DNA of 64,000 nucleotides, taken from positions 66,836,001-66,900,000 of the forward strand of contig OX597831.1 in the NCBI GenBank assembly GCA_951406725.2. The letters are read 5' to 3'. The notes under the pieces were generated by a model, which saw only the letters and a list, made by a program, of their open reading frames with translations, did no database searches and had not been told where the DNA came from. Shown in pieces: positions 39,110 to 52,042 of this stretch (the stretch's first letter is position 1; each line of letters starts with the position of its first letter). This stretch comes from Octopus vulgaris. Its lineage: Eukaryota. Both the position numbers and the translations under genes were made by a program.

Positions 39110-39470
39110 TATAGGGAGAGTTTATGAAGAAAACAAAAGGCGAATACAGGTGGTGTACAAAACAAACAGATGTATTAGTATAACGCTCAGGAATAGAAAA
39201 AGTCTTTTATGTTTCGAGCCTACGCTCTTCTACAGAAAGGGACACAGAAAAAACAAGGAGAGAAACAAGGATATATATATATAGAAAGAGTTTACGAAAA
39301 AAAAGACATAGACTGGTGGTGTACAAAACAAACAGATGTATTAGTATAATGCTCAGGAATAGAAAAAGTCTTTTACGTTTCGAGCCTACGCTCTTCTACA
39401 GAAAGGTACACAGAAAAAACAAGGAGAGAAAAAAATTTTGTGTAGTGGCTAACAATCTATCATGGCGACT
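39110..39470 (-). mobile_element. Tandem pair of ~170-bp pLTR-like repeats, each with a minimal hammerhead motif (39204-39239, 39370-39405)
   Basis: Minus strand cttt-CTGTAGA-a-gagc-gtag-gctc-GAAAC-GTA-aaag; third copy at 60470-60660. Confidence 0.65.
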
Positions 39471-39559
39471 AGTGCCAGACAGAAGGATCAAACACCAGAA
39501 GGGTCAAACACGAGAAGGAAAGTAGAGGAGATAACAAGGTAAAGATGACCCCCAACACA

Positions 39560-40160
39560 AAGGTGTGTGTGTGTATAAGAGAGTATGTATGTGCGTGTGA
39601 AGGAGGGCTGGTGGTCTGGACGTGTGCGTGTATGTATGTGTAGGTGTGAAGATGCGGGGATGGGTGTGTGGGTGGTGTGTTGTGATGTGATGTGTAATGT
39701 TGTATGGTGTGGTGTGGTGTGATGTTGTGGGGAGGTGAAGGGGCGAGAGTGGGGAAAGCACGGGTGGAGTGTGGGTTCGGCTGGGGGTTGGGGTAGAGTT
39801 GGGGTTTGAGGGTAGGCAGAGGGTGGGGGTAGAGGTGGGGTATGTGGGGGAGGGGTGTGGGATGGGATGGGGATGGGAGGATGGGAAGGATAGGCAAGTT
39901 GGAGTAGGGATGTGTAGGTGTGGGTGGGTTTATGGAGAAGGGGAAGGTGGGTATGTGAAGAGAAAGAGGAGGAGAAGAGAGAAAGAGAGAAGAGATAAAG
40001 AGAGGGTAAAAGAGTGGGAGAGAAGAGGGACACTGTGTGGATATGCAATGGTGAGTGTTTAATGTGATTAACAATAAGAGCCGAAATTTCTATGGAATAA
40101 TTATCATGTAATGAACACATCCAATCAAAGTGTGTGTGAGTGTGTGTGTGTGTGTGTAAG
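39560..40160. repeat. G/T- and purine-rich low-complexity tract
   Basis: Many GGG(G) runs at 39765-39955, AG-rich 39955-40030, (gt)n at both ends. Confidence 0.85.
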
Positions 40161-40164
40161 TGCA

Positions 40165-41900
40165 TAGAGTAGTGGCCAAAATTATAGAATTAAAATAAAA
40201 TTTAAAGATATTTACATTTCTACTTCATTTTCATAGAAAATGATTAATAACTAAATATTTTATATTAGAAAAAAACGTTTATTTGAGAAATACAAGATGG
40301 ACAAAATTAGAGAACATATTGTGTAAAATTCAAAAAGCAAAATCTGGCAACACTCCTCTGACCAATGTAAACTATGTTGACCTAACAGTGTGAACATTTA
40401 TATAGAATGGTAGTGAATTAACAACCATGGAAAGCTGACATAAAGTTCATGAAACCCTCAGGAAGCAAGTGGTCATATTGGAAAAAGAAGGAATGGCAAT
40501 TTCTGCTATCACTAGAGACATTAACAGATCAAAGAGTGTTGTTTCAAGAATACTCAAGATTTATGAAGAAACAAGCTTGTTTGTGCCATTAGAAAAACAA
40601 GGGAGACCATGGAAAATAAGTGTTCGGCAAGACTGTGTGATTCAGAGGCTGTCATTAACCCTTTCGTTACCAACCTGGCTGAAACTGGCTCTGGCTCTAA
40701 GTATAAATGTTTTGTTTTCATAAGTTTTGAGTTAAAATCTTCCACCACACCTTAGTCACAATTTATGTTCCTAACACTAGCTTAATGATAACTGAGTTAT
40801 TTTACTAAATTCTTTGTTATATTTAAAGTAATTGAAAGCAACACAGAGCACCTCAAAATAAATACAGTAATGAAAGGGTTAAGAGACCATTTCGATACTG
40901 CTGCAGGAATTTCTTACCAAGTAAATTGCGACTGCAGAATGAACGTGTCTCAGAAGACTGTGACTTGCTGTTTGAAGGAAGTTGAACTTCATGCCCATTC
41001 CTCTGCCAATAAACCTCTCATCAGTAGGAAGAACTGAAAAGCAAGGTTAGTCTTTGCCAACAAGCATAATATTTTGGACAGACGACAACTGGTCGCAGTG
41101 ATGAAAGTAAGTTTGATTTGGTTGGCTCCAATTCTGGTCAATATGTGAGATGTAAAAGTGAAAGATTGCTCCCTAAATGCATGAAAAAACAGTTAAGTTT
41201 GGAGGTGGGTGTTTAATAGTGTGGGGAATGATTTCCACAGCAGGTGTGGGACCTTTGATCCAGATCCATGATAATGTGAATGCAGCCATATACAAAAACA
41301 TCATTCTGCAACATGTGCCAGCTACAAAGTCATCTCCAACTCATCAGCCAATCTTTATGCAGGATAATGCACCATGTCACGGTGCTAAAATAGTTAAGGA
41401 GGTATTTGAAGCTGAAAACCTTACTGTGATGCATTAGCCAGCTCAAGGCCCTGACCTTAATCCCATTGGAAACTTATGAAGGATACTTGTCGATAAAATC
41501 AGAGAGAACTGATTTGTGTATGTTACAATTTTGTGGGAAAAACTTCAGGAAGGATGGAATAAAATTATGTCAGACGGAGTGGTTGGCCACTCACGGAGTG
41601 GTTGGCCACTCACGGAGTGGTTGGTGTTAGGAAGGGCATCCAGCTGTAGAAACACTGCCAGATCAGACTGGGGCCTGGTGCAGCCTTCTGGCTTCCCAGA
41701 TCCCGGTCGAACCGTCCAACCTATGCTAGCATGGAAAGCGGACGTTAAACGATGATGATGATGATGATGATGATGAATGTGAGAAATTGGTCAAATTTTG
41801 TACATGGAAATGTGCTAAAGTCATTAAAAATAAAGAAACATATACATCTAATTAATATATTAATGTGGATTGTAAAAGTTTCTGGCAAAATTTTTTATTT
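40165..41900 (+). mobile_element. Tc1 transposon remnant with inserted MITE (40655-40883) and family D element (41572-41776)
   Basis: HTH region plus GRPWK, SDESKF, VKFGGGCLIVWG, FMQDNAPCH, GPDLNPI motifs; many disruptions. Confidence 0.88.
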
Positions 41901-42762
41901 CTTGAATTTTACATCATCATCATCAATTAACGTCTATGTTCCATGCTAGTGTGGATGGGACAGTACCACAAGAGTCAACCAGGCTAAAGCCTGCACCAGA
42001 CTTCTGTGACTGTTTTGGCAGGATTTTTACAGCAGAGTGGATTTAGTGCTTTTTATGTGGCACAAGCACGAGCGAGGACAGTTTTGGTAAGGTTTTTACA
42101 GCTGGATGCCCTTCCAAACACCAACCACTTTACAGTGTGGACTGGGTGCTTTTAAGTGGTACCTGCACTGACAGGGTCACCAAATACATGCCAGATAAAA
42201 ACTTTTAAGAGGGGAGGAGGCATTGGAGGAAGTGATGATGAAAAGGCTATAGTGAGACAGAAACAGGTGTCTTGCTGTAGAAGAAGAACAAAGTTACCTG
42301 GCCGAAGAGAGAAAGATCAGGAATGAAGAGAGAAACAGGTGTGCTACCGCAATGAAAATACACGGGTGCCCAACCTGAGGGAAGTGAAGGAAAAAGAGAG
42401 AGCAAGAGTGGGAGACTGCAGGATGGAGATGGTGGCAAAATGCCAGGCATATTCACTAGTCCAGGGTTGAAGAAGCTTAAATCAAGAAAGATCTCTCTAG
42501 TACCATGATAAAATCCTCTATGTAACTTTTATTCTACTGGTGAGGAGGTAAACTTAACACATTGCATAGTTTGATATACTATCTGGATTTCGGGTGCCTT
42601 CAACCAGAGGATTACACAATTTCTTGATATATTGATTCCTACTGCCCTTTCCTTCCATAAATATAGGATTTTAAAAAACCCACTTGCAGGGAATGAAACA
42701 GTGATTAGTAACAATTGAGAAGTTGTGATTTTTTTTGTCTCCACCGCAAAAACTACATGAAA

Positions 42763-43158
42763 TCTTTATATATAAAAGAGAGGTTGTGTGCTGTCTGTCT
42801 CCTACGATTTAGATTCCTAACTACTCCCACATTTTGCGGTGCAGTTTAACCAAAACCGGGTATCTTATAGTCGTGATTCATATCGAGCCCTTCTGGGTAT
42901 TAGCGCGTGTCTATGATGAGTCTACGATTTAAAAAAAAATTTACCATCAATTTTTCCCATTTTTTAATGCATTTTGGCATATATAAGGGAAGTAACTCTC
43001 TAAAAATTTATTATTAAATCTCAGAACGTAAAAAGCTACAGTAACACCCCCCCTTTGTGGTTAGCCATATTGAGATGGCTATTATACTTTACATCTCTAA
43101 AAATGCTTATATAGTTATTTCCCTTACAAACCCGAGCAACGCCAGGCGATACTGCTAG
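42763..43158 (+). mobile_element. Non-autonomous Helitron-like element
   Basis: a|TCtttatatataaaa start, subterminal GC-rich imperfect hairpin, CTAG|t end. Confidence 0.7.
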
Positions 43159-43289
43159 TAATCAATAAAATATGAATAAAACTCAATCCATTGAATAATT
43201 TTACTTCCTACGTACAAACAATTATATATTTAGTTCAATCTGGACACTCACTACTATGTTAGTGGTGACAAAGGGATCAAAGGTTTATA

Positions 43290-44804
43290 CTACTATCCCA
43301 AAGTTTAAGATTGCCTATACTTATTTCGAAAAAAACATCTACAAAATGAGAAATAACTGAGAGATTCTGGTGGAATATTTTATTAATGTACAGTTATATT
43401 CATTAGGTGACATAATTAACTCAGTAAGTAAACAAAGCTGTGAAAAATTAGAGAAAAACTCTGAATCTTAGATTCATTGAAATATCGGCCCTTGGCCTTG
43501 ATCACTGCTGAGCATACTCTGGGCATTCTTTTAACCAATGAAAGCAAATGTTCGCTGATAATATTTTGCCACTCTTTTTGTAAGAGTGTCCAAAGGTTTC
43601 TGCACTACTTGGTTGTTGCCTTTTGACTCTGCAATCCAATTCATCCCCCACACTTTCAATGGGATTGTAATCAGGGAATTGGGATGGCCATTCCATTACA
43701 GTCAACTATTTTTTCATTCATTTTCTTCTATAAATAATTTTTGCATAGCTTAGAAGTATGTTTAGGAGTGTTATCTTGAATGAGCATGAAATTATCACCG
43801 ATCAGCCTCATCCCAGATGGAATGGCATGATGCTGAAGGATAGATTGATACCCATTTTGATTCAATATTTCTGTTACTCAATGAGTATCCTCAACACTAT
43901 TGCCTGCAAAACACCCCCAGTTCATCACACTTCCCCACCATGCTTTACAGTTGGAACTATACACTCAGGAGTCATCCATTCACTAATTCTGTGTCTCACA
44001 TAAACTCTATGCTAGGATCTGAAGATTTCAATCTTTAAGTCATCAGACCAGAGGACTCTTTCCCGTTGAGCAATGGCCCAAGTTTGGTATTTTCTGGCGC
44101 ATATGAGTTGCTTACCTTTATTCACAGGTTAAAGCAGTGGTCTTCTAGCAGCACAATGGTCATTTAGACTGGCAGCAACGAGTCTTCTCCACATGGTTGT
44201 AGGAAACACATTAGCTTTGCCAGCTTCATTTACTTGTGGAGCAATTTCATTTGCTGCCAGGCACCTGTTTCAAAGACTGGTGACTCTGATGAACTTATCC
44301 TGTGATTTAGAAGTCACTTTCGGACGATCTAACCAAGCTCTGTTGTTATTTTTACCTGTCGTTATACCTTACAATGGTGGAGTGGATGGCAGTGTAGGAA
44401 ACTTTAACTTTCTTGGCTACATCTCGAAAACTATAGCCTTCACTGTGTAATGTGACAATGTTTTGTCTCTTTTCAGGTGATCAATAACTGATTTTGCCCA
44501 TATTCAGGTTGATTTTTAGGAATTTCACTAATTTAATTTATTTTAAATAATTGAACCTGAAAGAAGGAGTGTAAATAATCAAAATGAATGGCAATGTTGC
44601 CAAAAAGTGGATGCTAAAATGATTTTGACAACATTGCCAAATAGGCTTGCTTTCAAGAAATATAATTATTTGCATATAAAATATGTATAAATAGTGTTAT
44701 TCCACATTGAATAAACCTCAAACTTTATGCAATATGTTATTCCATATTTTTATACCAAAAAATTATCTAAATTGATGACACTGAAATTAACTTTTGGACA
44801 GTAG
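43290..44804 (-). mobile_element. Tc1 transposon remnant (~1.5 kb)
   Basis: TIRs ctactatcccaaagtt / aacttttggacagtag with TA flanks; VLWSDD, HGGGSVM, WPSQFPDYNPIE motifs. Confidence 0.88.
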
Positions 44805-44902
44805 TATATAAGTCATGAATATATGCAGAGGTTGATACTAAATGTTGTGATTGTGTTTGCTCCCTCCCCTCCCTGCTACCTGACAATCGGTGTTGGTTTG
44901 TT

Positions 44903-45310
44903 TACTCTCTTTACTCTTTTACTTGTTTCAGTCATTTGACTGCGGCCATGCTGGAGCACCGCCTTTAATCGAGCAACTCGACCACGGGACTTATTCTTTT
45001 GTAAGCTCAGTACTTATTCTATCGGTCTCGTATGCCGAACCACTAAGTGACGGGCGACATAAACACACCAGCATCGGTTGTCAAGCAATGCTAGGGGGAC
45101 AAACACAGACACACAAACACACACACACATATATATACATATATACGACGGGCTTCTTTCAGTTTCCATCTACCAAATCCACTCACAAGGCTTTGGTCGG
45201 CCCGAGGCTATAGTAAAAGACACTTGCCCAAGGTGCCACGCAGTGGGACTGAACCCGGAACCATGTGGTTGGTAAACAAGCTACTTACCACACAGCCACT
45301 CCTGCGCCTA
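44903..45310 (-). mobile_element. SINE family A nested in an older related SINE
   Basis: Reverse-complement match; the flanks at 44850-44900 and 45330-45480 continue an older + copy. Confidence 0.85.
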
Positions 45311-45842
45311 CATTGCACTCCTCCTTACATTGCATAACTTAGTGGCTCTACAAAAGAGACCAATAGCATAAATACCAAACTTTAAACAAATAAGTACTGG
45401 GGCAATTTGATGAACTAAATCTTTCAAAGAAGTACCCCAGCATGGTTACAGTCCAATGACTAAAACAGGTAAAAGATAAGAGAATCAGATTGATATGGCA
45501 TGTGAAGAAAAATATAATTACTGTTTGACTACATCAAAAGGTTTGGAACAATATATTTTCTTACAATAGGCGCGGGCATGGCTGTGTGGTTAGGGAGCTT
45601 GCTTCCTAGCTATATGGTTTCGGGTTCAGTCCCACTGCGTGGCACTTTGGGTAGGTGTCTTCTGCTATAGCCCCAAGCCGACTGAAGCTTTGTGATTGAA
45701 TTCGGCAGGCGGAAGTTACTGCCGTGTGTGTATATGTGCGTGTAGGTGCTTGTGCCTCTCCGAAAGAGAGAGAGAGAGAGAGTAAGTTAATTATGGTCTT
45801 TTGGTAATTTCTTATTATTAAAGCAAAAGTTCAATCTCTTAC

Positions 45843-46022
45843 CTAGTTGTTGCTTCATGTTTAATTGAACTGAATTTAAGTGAGCTTTAGCAGCATACAG
45901 TTTGCAAATTGCTTTTTTAGAATGGACTAGCTCCTTAGCAAGAATCACACAAGCTTCCTTTTCACCTTTCTTGGCAGAATCTTTTAGAGAGCGTTTAGTT
46001 TTTTCTTCTTCTCTTTTGATAG
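45843..46022 (-). CDS. CHMP3: CHMP3 exon (180 nt)
   Basis: AG/GT flanks; (A)IKREEEKTKRSLKDSAKKGEKEACVILAKELVHSKKAICKLYAAKAHLNSVQLNMKQQL. Confidence 0.96.
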
Positions 46023-46329
46023 CTGTTTAAAAATAGAAAAGTAATGTTAATGAAAGTCAGAATAACAGTGATGATAATTGTTTCTAACATAGGTACAAGG
46101 CCAAAAATATTAAGTTGATTAAATTGGATTAGTACTTGGACTACTAGTTTTATTTTATCAGCTAGCAAGATTTGAGCTCAAAATGTAAAGAGCCAGAACA
46201 AGTAATGCAAAACATCTTATCCAACACTAATAAATTTGCCAATCCACCTCACTAAAGAAAGGGAATAATGTTTCTAACATACACACAAGGACAGAAATTT
46301 GGAGGGAAAGGGCCAGCCAATTATGGATG

Positions 46330-46712
46330 GAAGAACTCCGTCGGTTACGACAACGAGGGTTCCGGTTGATCCGATCAAACGGAACAGCCTGCTCGTGAAA
46401 TTAACGTGTAAGTGGCCGAGCACTCCACAGACACGTGTACCCTTAACGTAGTTCTCGGGGATATTCAGCGTGACACAGAGAGTGACAAGGCCGGCCCTTT
46501 GAAATACAGGTACAACAGAAACAGGAAGTAAGAGTGAGAGAAAGTTGTGGTGAAAGAGTACAGCAGGGATCACCACCATCCCTGCCGGAGCCTCGTGGAG
46601 CTTTTAGGTGTTTTCGCTCAATAAACACACACAATACACGGTCTGGGAATCGAAACAGCGATCCAACGACCGCGAGTCCGCTGCCCTAACCACTGGGCCA
46701 TTGCGCCTCCAC
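46330..46712 (-). mobile_element. SINE family C1
   Basis: Reverse-complement match to 9663-10047; TSD cagccaattat. Confidence 0.88.
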
Positions 46713-47109
46713 AGCCAATTATACCAACCACAACACTTGACTGGTAGATCTCAGAGCATAAAAATGCCAGACCAGCAATGTCCTAATGGTTTGCCAATCC
46801 ACTGCTCCAAACAATGATAGTAGTAGTAGCAATAACAATTGCTACTGAATGATTTTTTTTCCTTTTACATCACTACAAATTGATTTCAGTATACACCTGG
46901 TACTCATTTTTCAGTATACACCTGGTACTCATTTTACTAACTTGAGCGGAATAAAAGGCAGTCATAATCTCCAATTATAAAGTGAGGTTGTTGAAGTTTT
47001 CCCACATCCTCAATATTTCAAGTTGTACATTTGTGAACTTAAGTCTTTCAAGTCCCTTTTTGTGTGTGCTACATCTACAAATTGGCAGAATCTGTTTCCC
47101 TTATTGTTA

Positions 47110-47410
47110 TCTCTCTGTATATAAACGACAAAATGTCTGTGTGTGTGTCCTTTATACAAATCCACAATTTTTCAGTTAGAGGGCTCGCACTTTCTATGCT
47201 CATTCAAAACTGTCCAAGGGTGGTCGTGCACATCTTTACATTTCTCCAGTCACCCAGCAAAGCCATTAAAAAATCAATAGAAGTGACTTTTTGGTGAATT
47301 TTCTATCCAAAACCCAATCAAAATGCCCGAAACTTGATGCGCCAATTGAATCCCAGCTAGCTGTATGTGATTGGTTGGAGATTTGGACAGTTGCTGGGTG
47401 ATAGTGCTAG
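47110..47410 (+). mobile_element. Non-autonomous Helitron-like element, second family
   Basis: TC start, tatataaacg, gtgCTAG|t end; inverted copy at 49121-49482. Confidence 0.7.
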
Positions 47411-47582
47411 TATTGGATAAAGTGATAACTGATAAAGCCCATAAACACACTTACCAGTTGCATTTTGCTTATATTTCATTTCTTTTTCTTTTCCAAAGCA
47501 GTTTGTGTTTGTTTATGTTCCACAAAATTTTTTGCAACACCAATCTGTAGTTTCTCAACAGGTATACATTTTTCTTTTGAAT

Positions 47583-47833
47583 GCCGGTGGCACGTAAAAA
47601 GCACCAACCGATTGTAGCCATTGCCAGCCTTGCATGGCACCTGTGCCAGTGGCATGTAAAAAGCACCCACTACACTCACGGAATGGTTGGTGTTAAGAAG
47701 GGCATCCAGGTGTAGAAACAATGCCAGATCAGACTGGAGCCTGGTGCAGCCTTCTGGTTTCCCAGATCCCGGTCGAATCGTCCAACCCATGCTAGCATGG
47801 AAAATGGACGTTAAACGATGATGATGATGATGA
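47583..47833 (+). mobile_element. Family D element
   Basis: Match with (gat)n tail. Confidence 0.8.
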
Positions 47834-47995
47834 ATGCATGGTTTTCATTTTATAACTGATTTTTTGCTGTTGTTAAACCTCCATGGTAGAAAGAATGGGA
47901 GCAGATGATATTTTTGCTTACTTAAAGCTTTATTTCTATTTGCAAGCATCACCTGTTTGCATGTCAGGTGGACATTATTGTTCTTGGGACTTACT

Positions 47996-48222
47996 TAAAC
48001 CTTTAGTGTTTAAACCGGCCATATCTGGCCAAAATATTCTACCTATTTTGTGTTCAAACTAATCAGATATGGTCATTCATAGCTACCTTACTGTGTCATT
48101 TAAAAAATAAACAATCACATCATTGAAATCTCAAAGCCATGAAATGATGCAAGATTAATTTTACATGGTGTGAATACATAAGTTTTACATTTGACAGAAT
48201 AATTTGAATGCTAAAGGGTTAA
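47996..48222. mobile_element. MITE family 2
   Basis: cctttagtgtttaaaccggcc...gctaaagggttaa. Confidence 0.72.
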
Positions 48223-49120
48223 ACCTTATTTTTGTATCATTATGGTGTTGCATTGTTAACCCAGTCGTTCTTCATATTCTGTGTATGTGGGTGAGGGTCT
48301 GCCTCCTGTATTTGTATAGCTTCTGTATTGTCATAAGGTTGGATCTTTTACATAACTGAAAATAATTTTTCAACCATTCTTTTTTTTGTTATTAAGCTAC
48401 TGTGTTTTTGTATGCCATGTTGATGGCATTTGGATGCTTGCTTTCTCTCATTGTACTCTCTCTCCAATGTGCTGAAATTCTTTCACATAGGCTACATGAT
48501 GTTACTCCTATGTAAGTTGCAGTGCTATTTCCAAATTGTCATTTCATGCATTTTATACGGGACGCAATGTCTCTAATTTTAGGTTTGTTGCATATACTTT
48601 GCAGTTGTTGGTGCAAAATGTTTTCTTAAATGCTTTTTTATACAGCAATGACATGATGGATCTACCTGATTTTCTACAACTTTGATTCTAAAGTTTTGTG
48701 TCATACAGTGCTGTTTTTTAAATTTTCAGGTTAATTAACCTTTGGGTTAATTGATGAACATCACACCTTGTATATTTTGGATGTCCTAACGCCAACCACT
48801 CCGTGAGTGTAGTGGGTGCTTTCTACGTGCCACCAGCACAGGTGCCAGACAAGACTGGCAAACAGCCACAATCGGATGGTGCTTTTTACGTGCCCGAGAA
48901 TAAAAATTTCTTAGGATTGAATTTTAAGGAACTGGGGAATTGTGTTGCTCATGTCTTTTACAGAGACATGAATATTACAAATTGTGTTAGCAGCTTAAAT
49001 TTCAACTGAAAATCGTTCATGGCTTTTACTCAGAAGAGACTTACCTGTACACTTCTCTTTATGAACACAGCCATCTTTGTTTGAAAAATGAAGCCATTGA
49101 ACTAACCTTATTATATTATA

Positions 49121-49482
49121 CTAGCACTATGACCCGGCAACACCGGGTCATAGTGCTAGTGCATGCATATACAGCTGCGTGCGTTTGCACATACACGCGA
49201 GTACTGTCCAAATCTCCGACCAATCACATACAGCTAGCTGGCATTCAATTGGCGTATCAAGTTTCGGGCATTTTGATTGGGTTTTGGATAGAAAATTCAC
49301 AAAAAAGTCACTGCTATTGATTTTTTAATGGCTTTGCTGGGTGACTGGAGAAATGTAAAGATGTGCACGACCACCCTTGGACGGTTTTGAATGACCATAG
49401 AAAGTGCGAGCCCTCTAACTGAAAAATTGTGGATTTGTATAAAGGACACACACAGACATTTTGCCATTTATATATAGAGAGA
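49121..49482 (-). mobile_element. Helitron-like element, second family, with perfect 18-bp terminal hairpin
   Basis: actagcactatgacccgg-caaca-ccgggtcatagtgctagt at 49120-49160; body matches 47110 in reverse. Confidence 0.75.
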
Positions 49483-49714
49483 TATCGCTGGTAGTTTTGT
49501 TACTGTCTTCAGATTTTTCTGGAGGAACTGGAAAAATGGAACTCAAGTACTTGAGAAACTGGCATAAATAGATAGTAAATTCTCTATCACCTTTCACCAA
49601 CCTCATTACTTTTCTATACGCAATAACATCTTCAGACAATTCATCTATTGTTCACTGACTGAGCAAACTTTATGTGGTCAGAAGTCTCAACCAATAGCTC
49701 ATCATTATTGATCA

Positions 49715-50090
49715 GCTGTGTGGTAAGTAGCTTGCTTACCAACCACATGGTTCTGGGTTCAGTCCCACTGCGTGTTACCTTGGGGAAGTGTCTTCTACTA
49801 TAGCCTCGGGCCGACCAAAGCCTTGTGAATGGATTTGGTAGACGGAAACTGAAAGAAGCCCGTCGTATATATGTATATATATATATGTATGTGTTTGTCC
49901 TCCCAACATCGCTTGACAACCGATGCTGATGTGTTTATGTCCCCGTAACTTAGTGGTTTGGCAAAAGAGACCGATAGAATAAGTACTAGGCTTACAAAGA
50001 ATAAGTCCTGGAGTCGATTTGCTCAACTCAAGGCGGTGCTCCAGCATGGCCGCAGTCAAATGCCTGAAACAAGTAAACGAATAAATGAAT
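49715..50090 (+). mobile_element. SINE family A
   Basis: Match to family A. Confidence 0.88.
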
Positions 50091-51981
50091 GAACGGTGTG
50101 AACTAGCAGCTTTTTTGCATATAGTATTAGGAAGGGTTAAGACATAGCACTGCAAATTCATGAAGCACTGTTTCAGTGCTTACACTGATAGACTATTCCA
50201 TGTACATAACAGTTTGGTGGACTAAGTCATTAAGAGCTAATCATTTTGACACCACTGAATAGGTATGAAATACTAGTCCTAGTTTAGTTGTCTGTTACCC
50301 AATCAATTCAGTTGTGAATGTTAAGTCAATAATTGTTATAATATTGGGATCTTTTCAGTTTGAACGGCAGTTTTTAACATAATTTCTAGGTAACTAAAAA
50401 ATTTTAAACTTCGTATACTGGTAGAATGTGTTTATAAAACATCTTTTTCTCTTGGCTTTATTGAGAAAATTCTATAGTTTGTAAGATATTTGTTGTTTTT
50501 TTTCTTCACTTTCTGCAATTTCAACCAATCAGTGACGTCTAGTGAGGTAAAAAGCATTCTGTGCCGTATGAATATGTCCCTCGTTTAAGAGAAGTGCTCC
50601 ATGTACCATGACAAATTCTGGATTAGACTTCAAAGAAAAAGAAGAAAACTGGACAAGAAAATCTGGTATGACAAAAATATACAAGGTGTGATGTTCATCA
50701 ATTAACCCAAAGGTTAATTAACCTGAAAATTTAAAAAACAGCACTGTATGACACAAAACTTTAGAATCAAAGTTGTAGAAAATCAGGTAGATCCATCATG
50801 TCATTGCTGTATAAAAAAGCATTTAAGAAAACATTTTGCACCAACAACTGCAAAGTATATGCAACAAACCTAAAATTAGAGACATTGCGTCCCGTATAAA
50901 ATGCATGAAATGACAATTTGGAAATAGCACTGCAACTTACATAGGAGTAACATCATGTAGCCTATGTGAAAGAATTTCAGCACATTGTGGAAACACTGCC
51001 AGATCAGACTGGGTCTGGTGCAGCCTTCTGGCTTCCCAGACTCCAGTTGAACCGTCCAACCCATTCTAGCATGGAAAGCAGATGCTAAACGATCATGATG
51101 ACTTTGATGATGATGATGCTATTATCATGTCCCAGTACACTAAGATGTGGAAAAAAGAAAACAGACTCCATTTCACAAGATAAGGGTCAAATAGCAGCCT
51201 GAGTATTAAAGAAAACTAGTACGTTAAGAGTAAAGAAAGGGTAATGACCCCCTTTAGTCATGAATAATCATGGAATTGTACCTAGAAAGTTCCTCTCTGA
51301 GGCACAAATCTGGGCGAGGTTATTTATGGAAGACCAGCAGTCACCCATGCATACCAACCTTCCCTCTCCATGCCACTGATGTGATCCAAGGGAAAGGCAA
51401 AGGCCAATACAACTTGGCACCTGTGACATCACAACTCATTTCTACAGCTGAGTGACCTGGAGCAATATGAAATAAAGTGTCTTGCTGAAGAACACAACAC
51501 ACAGCCCAGTCCAAGAATCAAACTCACAAACTTGGACACTCTAACCACTGAGCTATGTGCATTCCAATCACTGAGCCCTGTTTAAGAGTATTGTTCCTAT
51601 TAAACAAGAACTGAGTTCCTGTAAGATAGCATCAATACAATGAAGCAATGTTATGTTGTCACATCTGAATCATTGAGTAGCTCTGCACCATGGAAGGCAA
51701 ATAAATGCATAATACTCTTGACACAGGTTATAACCGGGCGATTGATTAAAGCTGAACATCATCATTTGATAATCTACCTGGTGGTTTTTTCAGTCTTACT
51801 GCGGGCATAGTACCCTATGGTTTAGGATTTTAGACAACAGAAAGTTTGTTGATGACTAATGATTGAACAGAATCATAACAATGAATGTATTTGGTTTGAC
51901 TTATTAATTCTTATTTGATGATAAAAATAGTTTCTGAAAAGAAAGTTAATTAGATTTTTTTTATATATATATTTTATTTAC

Positions 51982-52042
51982 CTCTGATTTGTCGGTCTAT
52001 CACATATCCTTCTTTACGCATCTTAGAACACCACTCCTGAAC
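51982..52042 (-). CDS. CHMP3: CHMP3 exon (61 nt), second coding exon
   Basis: tttttag acceptor, gtaaat donor; VQEWCSKMRKEGYVIDRQIR. Confidence 0.94.

Larger units (their letters stand above)
48465..50987. repeat. 314-bp inverted duplication (48465-48778 / 50674-50987) flanking a 1.9-kb segment
   Basis: caatgtgctgaaattctttcacatagg...ccttgtatatttt recurs as its reverse complement; no mismatch seen by eye. Confidence 0.92.

Noticed and set aside
39469-40165. 201-225 aa Pro/His-rich ORFs
   Set aside because: Low-complexity sequence lacking stop codons by composition.
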